Assembly (NCBI GenBank): GCA_951406725.2
Contig: OX597814.1
Coordinates: 58,652,001 to 58,716,000, forward strand
Length of the DNA stretch: 64,000 nt
Reading direction: 5' to 3'
Origin: Octopus vulgaris
Lineage: Eukaryota
Part shown: piece by piece, positions 38,760 through 52,699 of the stretch
Layout of the letters: every line of letters starts with the position of its first letter
How positions within the stretch are numbered: position 1 is the first letter of the stretch
Translations under genes and position numbers: made by a program
The notes under the pieces: generated by a model
Seen by the model: the letters and a program-made list of their open reading frames with translations, nothing else
Database searches by the model: none
Told to the model about the DNA's origin: nothing

Positions 38760-39175
38760 TCACAATGATAGTTTCTACTAAAATCATAAGTAATTGACTG
38801 GTACTATCGACCTAATTATTTGACTAGTACTTTATTTTATCGAACTCGAAATAATGAAAGGCTGAGTTTACCTCGAACGAAATTTGAACTAAGAACAGAG
38901 AGCTCGAAAATATACCACAAGAACTTTTCAACATGTAACAATTCTGCCAACACGCCGCCATAAATTGTATTAGTTTCAAATTATGGCAGAAGACAAGAAA
39001 TTTCAGAGAGGGGTAAATTCATTACATCGATATCAATACTCAATTAGTTCTTTATTATCGAGTCTGAAAAAGATGAAAGGAAATTCGAGCCTCGACGGAA
39101 TTTGAACTCAAAGCAGAGGAAATGTTGCATAGTATTTGCTCAGCGTGCTAACTATTCTGTCAGAACGCCGCCTTA
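38760..39175 (-). mobile_element. Two degenerate tandem SINE family A copies
   Basis: atgaaagg...cctcga...aatttgaact occurs twice; ends resemble cgccgcc. Confidence 0.65.
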
Positions 39176-40149
39176 AATTATATGAATAATAATGTGTAGC
39201 TGTGTGAAAGAAAAAGGAGAATATCATAAATGTTTTATTTATACTTATTTTATCGTTAGGGCAACTAGTAAGATAGAAACAGGTAAGATTCGTACACATT
39301 GATTAAAGTGACGGAGCTAAATATTTCGATCATCGACCCCATACTGATACCACGAAATGTGTTAATTTTAAAGGAATACAAAACCGAGGGATATATTATG
39401 AATGCTTTTAAAAGCTAAAGTCAAATAAATTCAGACGAATCAACGAATGAAATAAAATAAAGAAATAAAGAATGAATGAATGAATGAATCAGTTAACAGG
39501 AAAATATAAAAGTCTCAAAGAAAACGAAACAATATATTCATGTAAATTTAAATCATTTAAACGAATTTCTTTGCATTTATCGTTCCTTTTTTTTTTTTCG
39601 AGTATTATTTATTCACCAAAAAGATCCTTCTACAGTGTTTGATAAATGAAGTAAAAAAGACGTAACATATAAAAAGTAAAATGAGTAAATATTAATGCTT
39701 CAATAAAACAAAAGACAGATTAGCTCAATACAAAGCGCTGCAAGCGACATGACTTTTCAATGTCTAGAGCAAGGTTTAGGAAGGTAGTATTGGTTGGGGT
39801 AAGAAGGGGAAATAAAATGGGGCTGAATTGAATAAGGAAAAGCTGAGCAAAAGGAAATTAAAGAAAATCGTTGAATACAAAATACAGAAAAGTGAAGGAC
39901 AGAATTAGTGATGAATCTTATTGTTTTTCATTATAAACGATAAAAATATAAAGAACAAATCTCGTTCTTAGGATGTAGAGTGGTGTGTATAAAGCAATGG
40001 GGAAGTTTAGGGAACCCTTTGCAATTTAGGGAGAGCGGGTGTGGTATTATGGGAAATAAATGACGGCGGTATATTTTAAAAATTCGTTGGTACAAAGCAG
40101 ACTCACAGAAAGATATATATAAGTATGTATGCGTGTATGTACACACACA

Positions 40150-40332
40150 TACCTACATACATTCTCCGTCTTCCTTTCTTTAGAGCTTTTTTTTTCTATG
40201 TTTCTAACGAAGAGCTCCGCTCGAAACGTTAAATCCTCCTTCTTTCTTTCCTTTCCTAAGCGTCCAATAACACTATACTTATTACACGTCCTCGCGTTGT
40301 TGTGTTTTCTCTTTGTTCATGTTTGGACTAAC
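40150..40332 (+). mobile_element. PLE-terminus-like fragment with mutated minimal hammerhead (40201-40233)
   Basis: TTT CTAACGA A GAGC tcc GCTC GAA A cg T T AAA. The downstream part resembles the reverse complement of 12430-12495. Confidence 0.55.
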
Positions 40333-40619
40333 TATACATACATACATACATACATACATACATACATACATACATACATACATACATACATACATACATA
40401 CGTACGGACGTACGTACGTACATACATACATACATACACACATACATAATACATATATATATATATATATGTGTGTATGTATATATGTATATATGTTTAT
40501 ATAAATTTACCCAAAGATTATACACACACATACATGCACGCACATACACACAGACACACACACATATATTTATGGACGCGAGAAAATGTTAAGAATCCAT
40601 TGTGTTCAATGATGTTAAT

Positions 40620-41250
40620 ATGGATAAAGTAATTGTGTTCCGAATCGAGAAGGCAAGCTCCGTTTTCGGTAAGATTTATCACAGGCTTTTGGTTCAGCCA
40701 CGACGTATGGTTGAAGGTGAAAATCAGCGTGTATAGTCGGTGGTCTTGTCAACATAATTTTATGGTGCTGAATCGTGGACCCTGTATTGAAAGCACATCA
40801 ACCAGCTTGACGCTTTTCATATGCAATACTCCAACATAAAACCGAGTGGCCATATTGATAAGAGTGAAGTACTAAAAGAATGCAACATGTCAAGTATTGA
40901 CGCCATCCTCATCAAAATACAGTTTATATGGCCAGGTAATCTCTCATGTATGAATTATATCAGAATTCCAAAGCAACTTCCCTTTGGCCAATTCCCAACA
41001 GGAAGGTCAGTTGAAAGGCCACTTTTGCGCTTCAAAGACAATTTAAAGGAATCTGAAGCGATGCAACTTTACCTTTTCTTCCTGAGAAAACAAACCATCA
41101 GAACGCAGGAATCGCCGGTAGTCCTGCTTCTCCCCAGTTCAAAGATTTACCAACTTCGTTCAAGCAGGTAAATAGAAACCTTTCCTGTCATTGTAGTTTT
41201 GTGGTACGAAGCAAAGCAGGTCCTGCATTCCACTCAAGAAAACACGTAGT
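40620..41250 (+). mobile_element. Old RTE-type LINE 3' remnant
   Basis: Fragments KVKISVY, LYGAESWTLY and EVLKECNMSSIDAILIKIQFIWPG..RIPKQL.FGQ..GRSVERPLLRFKDNLK, with frameshifts. Confidence 0.85.
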
Positions 41251-42032
41251 AAATGATCAACAAGAACTGAATTTGTTTGATTTGTCAAAATGTCTGCGAG
41301 GCAACCAGCAGGCATCAAGAGAAATATTTATGCTTATAGGACATGATTAACGCTTAATTTTACTGAACCCTAATTTGTTGTTCAAGACATATATTTATAT
41401 ACGTTCAAAGTATGTACATATATTTTTCCGAATTTGTGTGAATGTTCAATTAGCGCTTTCATACATTCTGAGAACACTCCCGCAAGCTGAATTTTTAGAA
41501 ACAGCTTTGACTAATCCGCATGCAGCTTAAACCTCACGGTTTGCCGGGCGTACCTATATTACTGGTATATATCCCTCTAATTGAACTTTATGAACGTTAC
41601 AAAATATTTTTTTACAGTAAAAAAGTGAAAAAAGTGAAAAACAGACCATGTTTAACTTTATACAACTGATATATGTATATTGGATACTTAAAAATTACAA
41701 AAGCCATTCTTATTTAGTAAATTATATTTCAACATTAACAGTTGACTAGAGTCAGGCGAGGATTTTCACAACATAGAAATTACCAAAGCTATCCATATAT
41801 TTTAATGCTGATCAAAGTAAGTTTTGTTTGAATATTCTCTTCACTAGACATTTAGAATAAACATATCGAAATATAAGGTAACGGGGTAAACGTTTATATT
41901 AATATTTATATTGTTCTCCCCAAGCACTGTTATAGGTGTCTTTTTAAAATAACTTTCTAAGTTTCCTCTCTCTATCTCCCTCTCTCTCTCCCTCACACAC
42001 ACACACATACACTCTCTCTCTCTCTATCTCTG

Positions 42033-42065
<33 letters not shown>

Positions 42066-44253
42066 CAGTAAATAATATGTACGTACATACTGGTTCGCTC
42101 TTGCTTTGAAAAATGGTTACTAATATTACAAGATGTTCAAAGAGACAGAAAAACCCCCAGGAAAGTAGATAGAGAATAGGGGAGCTGATGAAGAAATAAA
42201 AGTAAGTTCAGAATAAAATTGAGCAGAATAAAATTCATGTGTATGTAATATTTGCCAAAACATATCCATTGATTTTACAAATGGTTTTACAACAATATTG
42301 GAATTAAAGAAGCGAATAAAATTGTTTATAAGAATAGGAATAGATAATCAAAGTGATAGTGATAGCCGAAGGAAGAGTGTGTTAATTGAAGAAAATAGTA
42401 AGAGGGAAAAGACAGACGCAACAAAAGTGTAATAACAGATGAAGGGTTTGCAAAATATTTCAAGAAACAAGCAAATGAATTTTGAAAATAAGCAATTACA
42501 GAAGCGAATTATTTGGGAAACAGAAATTTAAAGCGAACAGCAGCCAAAGATCTTGGGCAAAACATTTGAAATGACAGCAAATTAGCACGACACAGATAAG
42601 AAACTGACTAAATGTACAAATAGATAAGCAAAATAAAAGTGGCATCTATTCACCATTTATAAACACGAAACTGAAATAAAAACAACTATATAAAGAGAGC
42701 AAAGGTATATTAATTTAATTTTGAGAATATCCAATTTTTTGAATTAGTTAAAGTCCAATGCTGATAGAGAAGTTATATAGTTCATGTCTTTCAAGGAGTG
42801 TATCACCGTAATTTACTTTATTAATTCTAGAGCGGTACAATTTTTAGGTGACACGTTAAAAGATGTTTGGCTCTCTGCTCGATATAATGACAGCGACATT
42901 TAATGTGATAATTCGTACTCAACACTCCATAAAGAATTTCTACTCAACAGTTAATAATTTTAGTAGACTAAACTGAAATTGAAACCGTCTCGCCTTGCCA
43001 GCAGAAACAAATTTGTAGCCGTGGAAAATCTCCATTACTGACGCAAAGATTTTTAACCTGTATGCAATTTTTACATTTTATAAAATTATTAGCTAAACGT
43101 TCCTTAAATCACACCCTATAGGCTTATAAATGGGAATGATATAGCTTTAGAAAACAGAATTATAGAAAGCAAGGAGAATAGCTGGTTTTGTTTCAGCTGG
43201 ACATCGTAAACATCAGCGGATGTAGAGGCTGCACTAATAGAAAAGTAGCACCAGAATCTATAATTCATGCACTACTTCATCTGTGTTAGATTAAATATTG
43301 AATACAGAGGACTTAAACAAAATAGCAATATAACAAGTCAATGGGTAATCAGTGTCATAAATTATGTTTCCAAGCTTCATTTTCACTAACGAGAGTTTGT
43401 ATAAACATCACGTACCTTGTAAAAACGGGTGGATGTTAATAGATATTTTATCACAGTTAAGTATTTTTATTGTTGTTATTTGATAATTTCTCATCTAAGA
43501 CAACATAACTATGATGATTTATCATCTCGCATGTGAAATATGAGATAAGATTGCTTTAATTTACTTGAACCCAAGCGTTCCTGAGGCATTGATAACCAGA
43601 TAATACGATTGTTTTCCTTCAAAATAGTATTCCATTAAATACTCTGGGAACAAACGGTTGGTCACGCCTTGCTGCATAAACACATACATACATACATGCA
43701 TGCATACATACATGCATACCTACCTATCTACCCACCTACCTACCTACATACATACATGCATACACTCACATATATTTATAATAGTGTATTAAGTATTTCG
43801 ATATCTACACCTGAATGAATAAGGTTACATTATGATGCAGCCGAAGGTCATTCTCGAGAAGTACTCAAAGTATGTTATTAATAACATCTTCCTGACGATA
43901 TCTCTACGATAAAGGTAGATATTTGTGGAACAGTATTCAGGCGAATAAATATGATAGGAAATTTAATGTTACAGTTTAAAATATCAACGTTGGACATAAT
44001 TCATAAACAACGAAATTTCCATGGAAACCTATAAACCTATTTTTGATAGTCTGTAGTAATACTTAATGAGATACAATCTATTACTAAATATGTTATAGCT
44101 TTTGGTTAATTAGAAACACGTAGGGAAATCTCGGTATATTGTCTAATCTCTTACTATATATTTCACAATGCTCTCTTAAATTAATAAACCGAAAGAAATT
44201 CACTAAAAAGCAGAGGTGGATGAATATATCTATATAACTATATCTATATTTAT

Positions 44254-44292
<39 letters not shown>

Positions 44293-44455
44293 CACACACA
44301 CACACATATATATATGATCTTGTACAGCTGGAGAACATCTATAAGCAAAATGTAAAAGCATATGAATATGTAGCAGGCAAAGAAGAAATTAAAGGATAAA
44401 AAGCAATATTTCATCTCCATTGTGTATTTGTATGCCCTTGTGTAAAAGCACGGCC

Positions 44456-44509
<54 letters not shown>

Positions 44510-44532
44510 TATATACATATATATATACATAT

Positions 44533-44612
<80 letters not shown>

Positions 44613-45649
44613 GAAAGGCTGCATACATAATAATAAAGGCTGAACATGTTTATATGTTTATACCATCTCTGGAATCTCGCTGGAACTTGACATATCGGAA
44701 AGGTGAGCCTATATGAAAAACAAAAATATGCATATAAACCTACCAAGGCGATATAATGAATCGTATAAAATGCGTTAATCGATCTTTTAACAAACTACTT
44801 TTAGAGGATTTTGCCCCATTGCATACTAATGTAACATCAAGTATTGCTTTTAAAAACAATAAAGCAGAACAAAAAAGAAACCAAACCTTGCAATGTAAGT
44901 AAATATGCACATACGAAATTATTTCATATAAGCTTTTTATTGTATTTACTCTTTCTTTCAGTTATCATAGATTTTGTTCATATTAATAGAACTTGAAGAA
45001 TCAAAGGTTTAATACTAGGATTGCATGCACACATTAAACTGATATGTTTCACATAAATTTGCATATTTTGTTTATAGGGCCTAGGATAGATATTTAAGTA
45101 GATTTGGTTTGGAATACTTTTGTGTTGTGTTCTAGTCTGAGGGGAGCGTTTCGACTAAAATATTGTAATCTAAAGAAATATTTGATGGTTGTATAAATTA
45201 GCTATTTCTAATAGTGTTGTGCTGAGAATGAAGATGAGTTATGGAGAACGATGAGCATATATATCATGATTTAGCATAGTATATAGTAGTACACTATACG
45301 AGAAAAAAAAAGAAGAAAATACTCTTATAAACAATGTTATTGGTTAACATTGAAATGGTTAAAACCTTTGAATTTTTGTTTATCTATTTGGAGCAAAGTT
45401 AAAGCAGAGGAATAACAGCAAACTGCTGCATAATATTAAGAGGATAATCGAATAAATAAATTAATACACAACATTAAAATCTTGCACTCGTGAAACAACA
45501 CATATAAGTTCATATATTGGTAGGTTAGCAGCTGGTGAATCGTATATTGGATTTCCCTGCATAAAAAACATGTGTGGTTGATACGATAATATTTAGTGAA
45601 TTGTTGTGGGTTATGCTATATGCACAGGAAGTCAAAATTATGTTTCTTT

Positions 45650-46300
45650 ATATGGTCAAAGCAAATCGTGTGCTTGAAAAGCTGTTGACCGAAAATAATT
45701 GAAATATGATTCAAGGGTGACTCTCTTGTCCAGTCCTTTGTCGTCAATGATAAAATCACCAAACCACCACATAGCGAGGTGAATTCGATTCCAGTAAATT
45801 TGAACTAACTGGCTTGGAGAAGGCAAATGTTTGACACTCATCAGGAGAAATAGCTCCTGCTCAGTCCATTGAACATCTGAAATTTCTCAGTAAGACAATG
45901 TTTGCAGTTATGAGTTATTCTGAAATATGGTGTATTTTTACTAACGATACTCCATGTTCACGAAGGTCTTTCACAACTTTGGTCTCTGAGTTATTTATAA
46001 CAACTTAATATTGATCTCGATATCGAGCAGTTATCAGTTAGCTATTGCGATGGTCATAACTGGGTCGTGTAAATTTTATACTTTACTGTGAGTTGACAAA
46101 TGATATATTTTAGGAAAGAAAAGCTGACTTTAAATTCGCGTGCATTAAGAAACTTTACTGCAGTTATGCATTGAAGCTGGAATATAATCGTCCATACCCA
46201 TTGTAATTCCAAGTTATGTATTAGTTTAATCCATATTATTCTTTATTTTTCAATTCGGTTTTAGAGTATATAGGTGGAATATCCTCTATTCAGCTAACTT
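45650..46300 (-). mobile_element. Possible ancient Tc1/mariner-superfamily remnant
   Basis: Minus-strand YKIYTTQL..LTDN and WWFGDFIIDDKGLDKRVTLESY loosely fit transposase segments. Confidence 0.3.
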
Positions 46301-46496
46301 CTTGATGTACCTACTAGTTAGGGCTTCGTTAAACATTTAAAAGGTGTCCACGAGCAGGGACGTTTCTTCTTAATTTTCCTACTCTCGGTTATCTTTTCTA
46401 GTGATATCTCTTGTTGCATTGGATATGGTTATTTCCAATACCTATAATTAAAGAAAACCTTTAATTATTCCCATTAAATCATTTCTATATATGTGT

Positions 46497-46700
46497 AGAT
46501 GCGTGATTAGTTGTTAGGGTGTTGGATTCATGATTGTAAGATTGTGGTTTCGATTCCTGGATCGGCCGACGCGTTGTGTTTCTGAGCGAAACACTTCATT
46601 TCACGTTGCTCCAGTTCACTCAACAAGCAAAAAGGAGTAATCCTGCCACGCAGCTGGCGATTATGAGTCGGTATGACTCGGGAAGATAACTTAATCTTTC
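46497..46700 (+). mobile_element. SINE family C (degenerate)
   Basis: ttgttagggtgttgga...gtggtttcgattcctgga...ctgagcgaaacactt. Confidence 0.6.
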
Positions 46701-46872
46701 TAAATATAATTCACCTGTCTAAAAATGATAGCTCATGTTGCATAACAATGTTATTCCACATACCACTGACATGTATTTGTAAACGGATGTATTTGTAAAC
46801 ATGCACAAATACATATACTTACATACGAACATATACACATATACCCATATTTAAATATTTGTCTTGTTTTTT

Positions 46873-46910
<38 letters not shown>

Positions 46911-46918
<8 letters not shown>

Positions 46919-47407
46919 ATGTTTCGGAATGGTCATATTGCCAGTTTAGCCAATAAAAACACACTATATATTTGGTGTTATTTTGCTTCAGTGATATTTA
47001 TTTTTTACATTAATCTTAATCTTATTTCGGCCAAAGTTCTTTCGTCACACTCCTGTGACCGCATCAGTGGTCCTTTGTTTTCTTCTCACTTACTTGTGTC
47101 TCTCCTTACTAACCGTCAGCCATTTTGTATTTCTATTGTATGTCTTCATTTGCGCATGCTTATATCTCTATGTGCGTCTATGTTTATTTAGTGTGTGTGT
47201 GAGGGGGATGCCTGTAATATTTGTATCTTCTGGTTATATACATTCTTGTAATTTGTATTTTGTTTTTGTTGTTGTTGCTTTTGTTCTAATTTTGTTCATG
47301 TGTTTACATCCACCCATTATTATCATTACATATGCTTGTATGTATGTATAACAACAATATTAGTAATAATATTAGTAATAATAATAATAAATCTAATTGA
47401 AAAAGAA

Positions 47408-47445
<38 letters not shown>

Positions 47446-47492
47446 CATACATACATATATATATATATACATACACATATATATACATATAC

Positions 47493-47523
<31 letters not shown>

Positions 47524-47807
47524 TATACACACATACATACACATATACATATATATAGTTATTCATTTCTATTTCTTTAATTATCTGTGTATTTATTATG
47601 TTTGCAGGATCCACTATCGTCATATGTACAGAAGCTACACATATAATAGAAAATAAACCTAGCCTGAATAGAAAACTAGAATGGAGCAATAGCGCACACC
47701 ACAACATATGACGATAGTGGATCCTGCAAACATAATAAATACACAGATAATTAAAGAAATAGAAATGAATAACTATATATATGTATATGTGTATGTATGT
47801 GTGTATA

Positions 47808-47838
<31 letters not shown>

Positions 47839-47857
47839 GTATATGTATATATATGTG

Positions 47858-47943
<86 letters not shown>

Positions 47944-48436
47944 CAATTAGATTTATTATTATTATTACTAATATTATTACTAATATTGGTGTTATACATA
48001 CATACAAGCATATGTAATGATAATAATGGGTGGATGTAAACACATGAACAAAATTAGAACAAAAGCAACAACAACAAAAACAAAATACAAATTACAAGAA
48101 TGTATATAATCAGAAGATACAAATATTACAGGCATCCCCCTCGCACACACACTAAATAAACATAGACGCACATAGAGATATAAGCATGCGCAAATGAAGA
48201 CATACAATAGAAATACAAAATGGCTGACGGTTAGTAAGGAGAGACACAAGTAAGTGAGAAGAAAACAAAGGACCACTGATGCGGTCACAGGAGTGTGACG
48301 AAAGAACTTTGGCCGAAATAAGATTAAGATTAATGTAAAAAATAAATATCACTGAAGCAAAATAACACCAAATATATAGTGCGTGTGTTTTTATTGGCTA
48401 AACTGGCAATATGACCATTCCGAAATATAACAATAT
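46911..48436. repeat. Long inverted repeat (about 720-bp arms, 76-nt spacer), PLE-terminus-like
   Basis: 46911-47627 and 47704-48436 are near-identical reverse complements; mirror ORFs 47055-47351(+) and 47992-48288(-) translate almost identically. Confidence 0.95.
48273..48312 (+). ncRNA. Variant minimal hammerhead motif (mirror copy at 47031-47070, minus strand)
   Basis: CCA CTGATGC G GTCAC aggagt GTGAC GAA AG aa CT T TGG. All three stems pair; A9 is replaced by C and one extra base follows. Confidence 0.5.
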
Positions 48437-48489
48437 CTGTTTCAACACACGACTTCACATAAAAAATCTTGCACAACAAATATTTAAAC

Positions 48490-48527
<38 letters not shown>

Positions 48528-48548
48528 CTATGTGCTTGCATATATCTG

Positions 48549-48773
48549 TTTCTTTATTACCCACACAAGGGGCTAAACATGGAGGGGACAAACAAGGACA
48601 GACAAACGGATTAAGTCGATTACATCGGCTCCAGGGCGTAACTGGTACCTAATTTATTGACTCCGAAAGGATGAAAGGCAAAGTCGACCTCGGCGGAATT
48701 TGAACTCAGAACGTAACGGAAGACGAAATACGGCTACGCATTTCGCCCGGCGTGCTAACGTCTCTGCCAGCTC
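48549..48773 (-). mobile_element. SINE family A, well preserved
   Basis: Near-identical to 8775-8981 and to the reverse complement of 23628-23855. Confidence 0.9.
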
Positions 48774-49196
48774 CGGCGTATATACGCAAGTGTATGTGAC
48801 ATCATACATAGGCCATACAGCCAAAGACTCATACGAAGCAGGCGCACGTATACATGATACGTTTATGATGGGGGTACACAATTTCATATGTCGAACACTA
48901 TCACAATCAATATCTGATCATAACGTTTCATGTGTTTATTTTCTTATTTCGGTCTCGCAAAAAATTTCCGTTTCACATTCCCGGGAGAATTAAGATAAGG
49001 TAATCATAGAAATCCATATAATTACCTCTTACAATTAATGGTGCACAGTGAGAACATTTTTAGTCTCGACAGCACATAACTGCATTACAGAACAACTGTT
49101 TGAAATTTGTAACTTTTTCAGACAATCTGTCTGAATATAATCTGTTGACTTCCTTTTGTACAACGTAAATAAGCTATAAACTCGGTTATGTTTATA

Positions 49197-49424
49197 TACG
49201 AGAGAGAGAGAGTGCAGAAAAGTTCCTGGCTTGAAGGCGATCGCGAAAGGTCAGTTTGGAAGCCGAACATTCCGAATCCTTTTACACGGCTTAGAAAAAC
49301 TGAACGACCGCTGTAATAATTGTGTGAATCTAAGGGGGGAATATGTTGAATAAAATCATAATCAACTGGTTATCCTGTATTTTCTTTTCCTCAAAAGCCA
49401 GGAATAGTTCAGTTCCTCCTTGTA
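49197..49424 (+). mobile_element. Mariner-derived MITE
   Basis: TIRs tacgag...gaaaagttcctggctt / aagccaggaa...ccttgta. The interior retains a transposase C-terminus-like LEKLNDRCNNCVNLRG.YVE*. Confidence 0.75.
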
Positions 49425-49769
49425 TATGCTTTACTGACACATACACATATTGTACCACACACAAAATACTCAGAAACCAAACACCTTCATTATTCTCTTT
49501 AAGTATTGATAAACTAGCTTATATTCTCTGATGTTTAATACATCGCCCGATGAAAAACCGTGAATATGGTGCTTTTAATTGAGTCCACTCATCTAGCATT
49601 CAGGTCAGTTATCCAATCTGAAGATGTATTTATTTGTTGCTCCAACCAGTTTCGTTGGAGATAAAGAGGTCGTGGACACTATCGTCGTTTTCTGACAAAC
49701 TCAAAAAAGAGAAAGAGTTTGAATTACAGAGATACTCAGGCTTGCAAATGTACATGTTATCGATATACA

Positions 49770-50210
49770 GGCGCAGACGTGACTGTGTGGTAAGTAGCTT
49801 GACTCTTTACCACAAGTCCCTGGTTCAGTTGCACTACATGGTACTTAGGGCAAGTGTCTTCTACTAAAGCCTACGGCTGACCAAAGCCTTGTGAGTGGAT
49901 TTGGTAGATGGAAACTGAAAGAAAACCGGCGAATACTTGTGCATATATGCGTGAGTGTGTGTGCGTGTTTGTGTATGCGCTTATGTGTATGATTGTGTGT
50001 TTGTGTATGTGTGTGTGTGTTTTGTGTATGTCTTTGTCCCCCACAACTTAGTGTGTTTACGTCCCCGTAACTTCGCGGTTCGGCAAAACATACCGATATA
50101 ATAAGTAGCAGGCTTTTAAAAAACAAGCACTGGGTTCCATTCATTTGGTTAACATTTCTTCAATTCGGTGTCCCAGCCTGACTGCAGTCTAATGATTGAA
50201 GCTACTAGAA
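49770..50210 (+). mobile_element. SINE family B (head, (TG)n, tail)
   Basis: gggcaagtgtcttctacta...gaccaaagccttgtgagtggatttggtagatggaaactgaaagaa and gtgtttacgtccccgtaactt.gcggttcggcaaaa. Confidence 0.8.
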
Positions 50211-50437
50211 GATAACACACAGAAAATTTGATCAGTAAACAGAATGTTGAAAAGTTTCTGAAATTTAGCATGTAAATATTCCCTGTCCTTGTTAGTGGTA
50301 TTGTTTCGGTAGATCACAGTTCAGTGACGAAAATTTGTTTCGTTGAGTGAAACTAGCCACGCCGTGTATAAACATCGCAAAGAATCGCGAAGAGAATTAG
50401 AGAACGATAAATATAAACACACACAATTACACATACA

Positions 50438-50657
50438 TATGAGGGAGAGCTGAAAAGTTATTGACTTTAAGGACATCGCGAAAGGGCTGGTTGGATGCCA
50501 AACCTCTCCGAGTTCTTTTACAGGGTTAAGAAAAACTGAGGGACCGCTGCAATAATTGTGGGAATCTAAGAGGGGAATTTGTTGAATAAGCTCATAATTA
50601 GCTGACTCTTCTGTATTTTCTTTTACCCAAATCCAGGAACTTTTCAGCAACCCATTA
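50438..50657 (+). mobile_element. Second copy of the mariner-derived MITE
   Basis: Colinear homology with 49197-49424; gctgaaaagtt / aacttttcagc TIRs. Confidence 0.75.
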
Positions 50658-52104
50658 CATACTCAAACATATATACACACATACGTGTACATAGTCACAC
50701 ACATACGCACATATAGATAAATAGATAGACAGATAGATGATAGATAGATATGTGGAGAGGTAGATAGATATATGCATAGAGTTAATATTCAAAATGCATA
50801 CGAACACATTTAAAAACAATTTCGGCTAATGTGCACTTAACAATTTGACACATATAAAAAACTGTAAAGCATGTATACGCTTATTCATACTTAGCACTTA
50901 TAGAGATAACGCTGGGTTCGTTCATAATTTATAACCGAATTTTAAAAAAATATCTACAAAAATTGCTAGAAAGTATATAAAAACGCTCGGAAGCCATTTT
51001 TTCAATTACATTTTTGCGAAAACAGGATCGGCATGAAACACACGCATACACACGCACATACACATATATAGACACACATATATTAAAAAGTATATATGTA
51101 TATATGTATATGTATGTATATAAATATATACATATATATATAGTGAGAATTTACAAAAAAAAAAGACGAAGACTAGTGTGTAAACAATATATATACATGC
51201 AATGTCTAGCTATATGTGGCCTATGAGCATGTTTGTGTATAAGTGCCTACGTGATCTACACAATAGTTCTAAATATTTCATGAAGTATTTTAGTGTCAAA
51301 TGTGTAAATTTCAATTTCATGTTACATGTATATGACACAACACAGCGGCTTGTTTTAAATACCGAATTCATCACGATGTTGTCGCTATACATTAAAACTT
51401 CATGTTGCTACTTCCTTCCTTTCCTCGTTCATTCTTTCGTTCCTTCTTTCCTTCATGCATCACTTTATTGAGAAAACATGGATTATGAGATGTAAATTCC
51501 TAGTATAACATGAATAAGTTTTAGAGGTGAAAATCTTTTCTCTGCACTGTCTTCTCTCTTTTCTTTTGTTCTCCCCCTATTGCTTGACCACACTTCTTCT
51601 TCTGCTGCTGCTCCTCCTCCCCTCCCCCACCTCCTCCTCCTCGTGCTTCTTCTTCTTCTTCTTCTTCTTCTTCTTCTTCTTCTTCTTCTTCTTCTTCTTC
51701 TTCTTCTTCTTCTTCTTCTTTTTCTTCTTCTTCTACCTTTCTCACCTACACGAAAATTCACATTCAACTACACTATTTCTCTGTAATTCTGACTTAAGTA
51801 ACCTAATAATAATTCAGGTATTCTCTTCAAAGATATTTCCACTGAATAAGAAATAATACAGTATGAGTGACGCAGAATAATCAACGTGCGGAAGATCAAC
51901 GGCATGGATTGGAAGTCATCTGAATATTGAAAAAGAGTTAACACTTTCATATTAATTCCCGCCGAGCATTAAAATGCAAACAATATGACCTCTGCTCACT
52001 GCTCTATGAATAATGTAAAAGCTGTAAAACGTGACAGGGACAACTGCAACGGAGACTACGAAGGCGAGTCCGCGATGAAGTGGCATAGCAAGAGTTCTGA
52101 CTGC

Positions 52105-52469
52105 TTTTCCACGCTGGAATTCATCCCTACACTCTGAAAAGGGCCATAGTCTCACTTCTGATGTCAATGTGAAGCTGTTGGGGACTGCGGCAAAACCCTC
52201 GTTGGAAAGAGTACCAACTGGAAGGCCATATTTATGGCAGCAAGATTCGGCATTGTGCCATTCATCCTGAATGAGTTAAGCCCGTTGTCGGAGAATTTCT
52301 ACAAGTTCACCAGCGCAGGTGAGAGAGACACTGCTTTTCCTGCAGCACCAAGGTCGAGTTCAAGGATGTGTTCGATGATCTTCCCCTGGACACAGTAAGG
52401 AACACATGCGCCCAGTTTTGGAGCCTTCTTGAAACCGTTGTGGAAGTTGAAGCCGGCTACACTGAGTAA
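52105..52469 (+). mobile_element. maT/DD37D-like Tc1-mariner transposase remnant
   Basis: KLLGTAAKPSLERVPTGRPYLWQQDSALCH and FKDVFDDLPLDTVRNTCAQFWSLLETVVEVEAGYTE*. Confidence 0.8.
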
Positions 52470-52699
52470 GATATTATATTTCACCGACGAACGTATTTGC
52501 ATTTAACTTCTGGAGATGAAAGGAAAAGGACAATCATTTATGTGTTTAACAAAAATCACTACACTGATTTGACACAGAATTCATGGAGCTATTTAAAATG
52601 TGGGATAACCCCATTAGTGTTCTCTATGAAAATGTAGTTAGCACAACTAAAAATTCGAATGAAGTCGAACAACTGAGACAAACATTTCTTAAAAATGTT

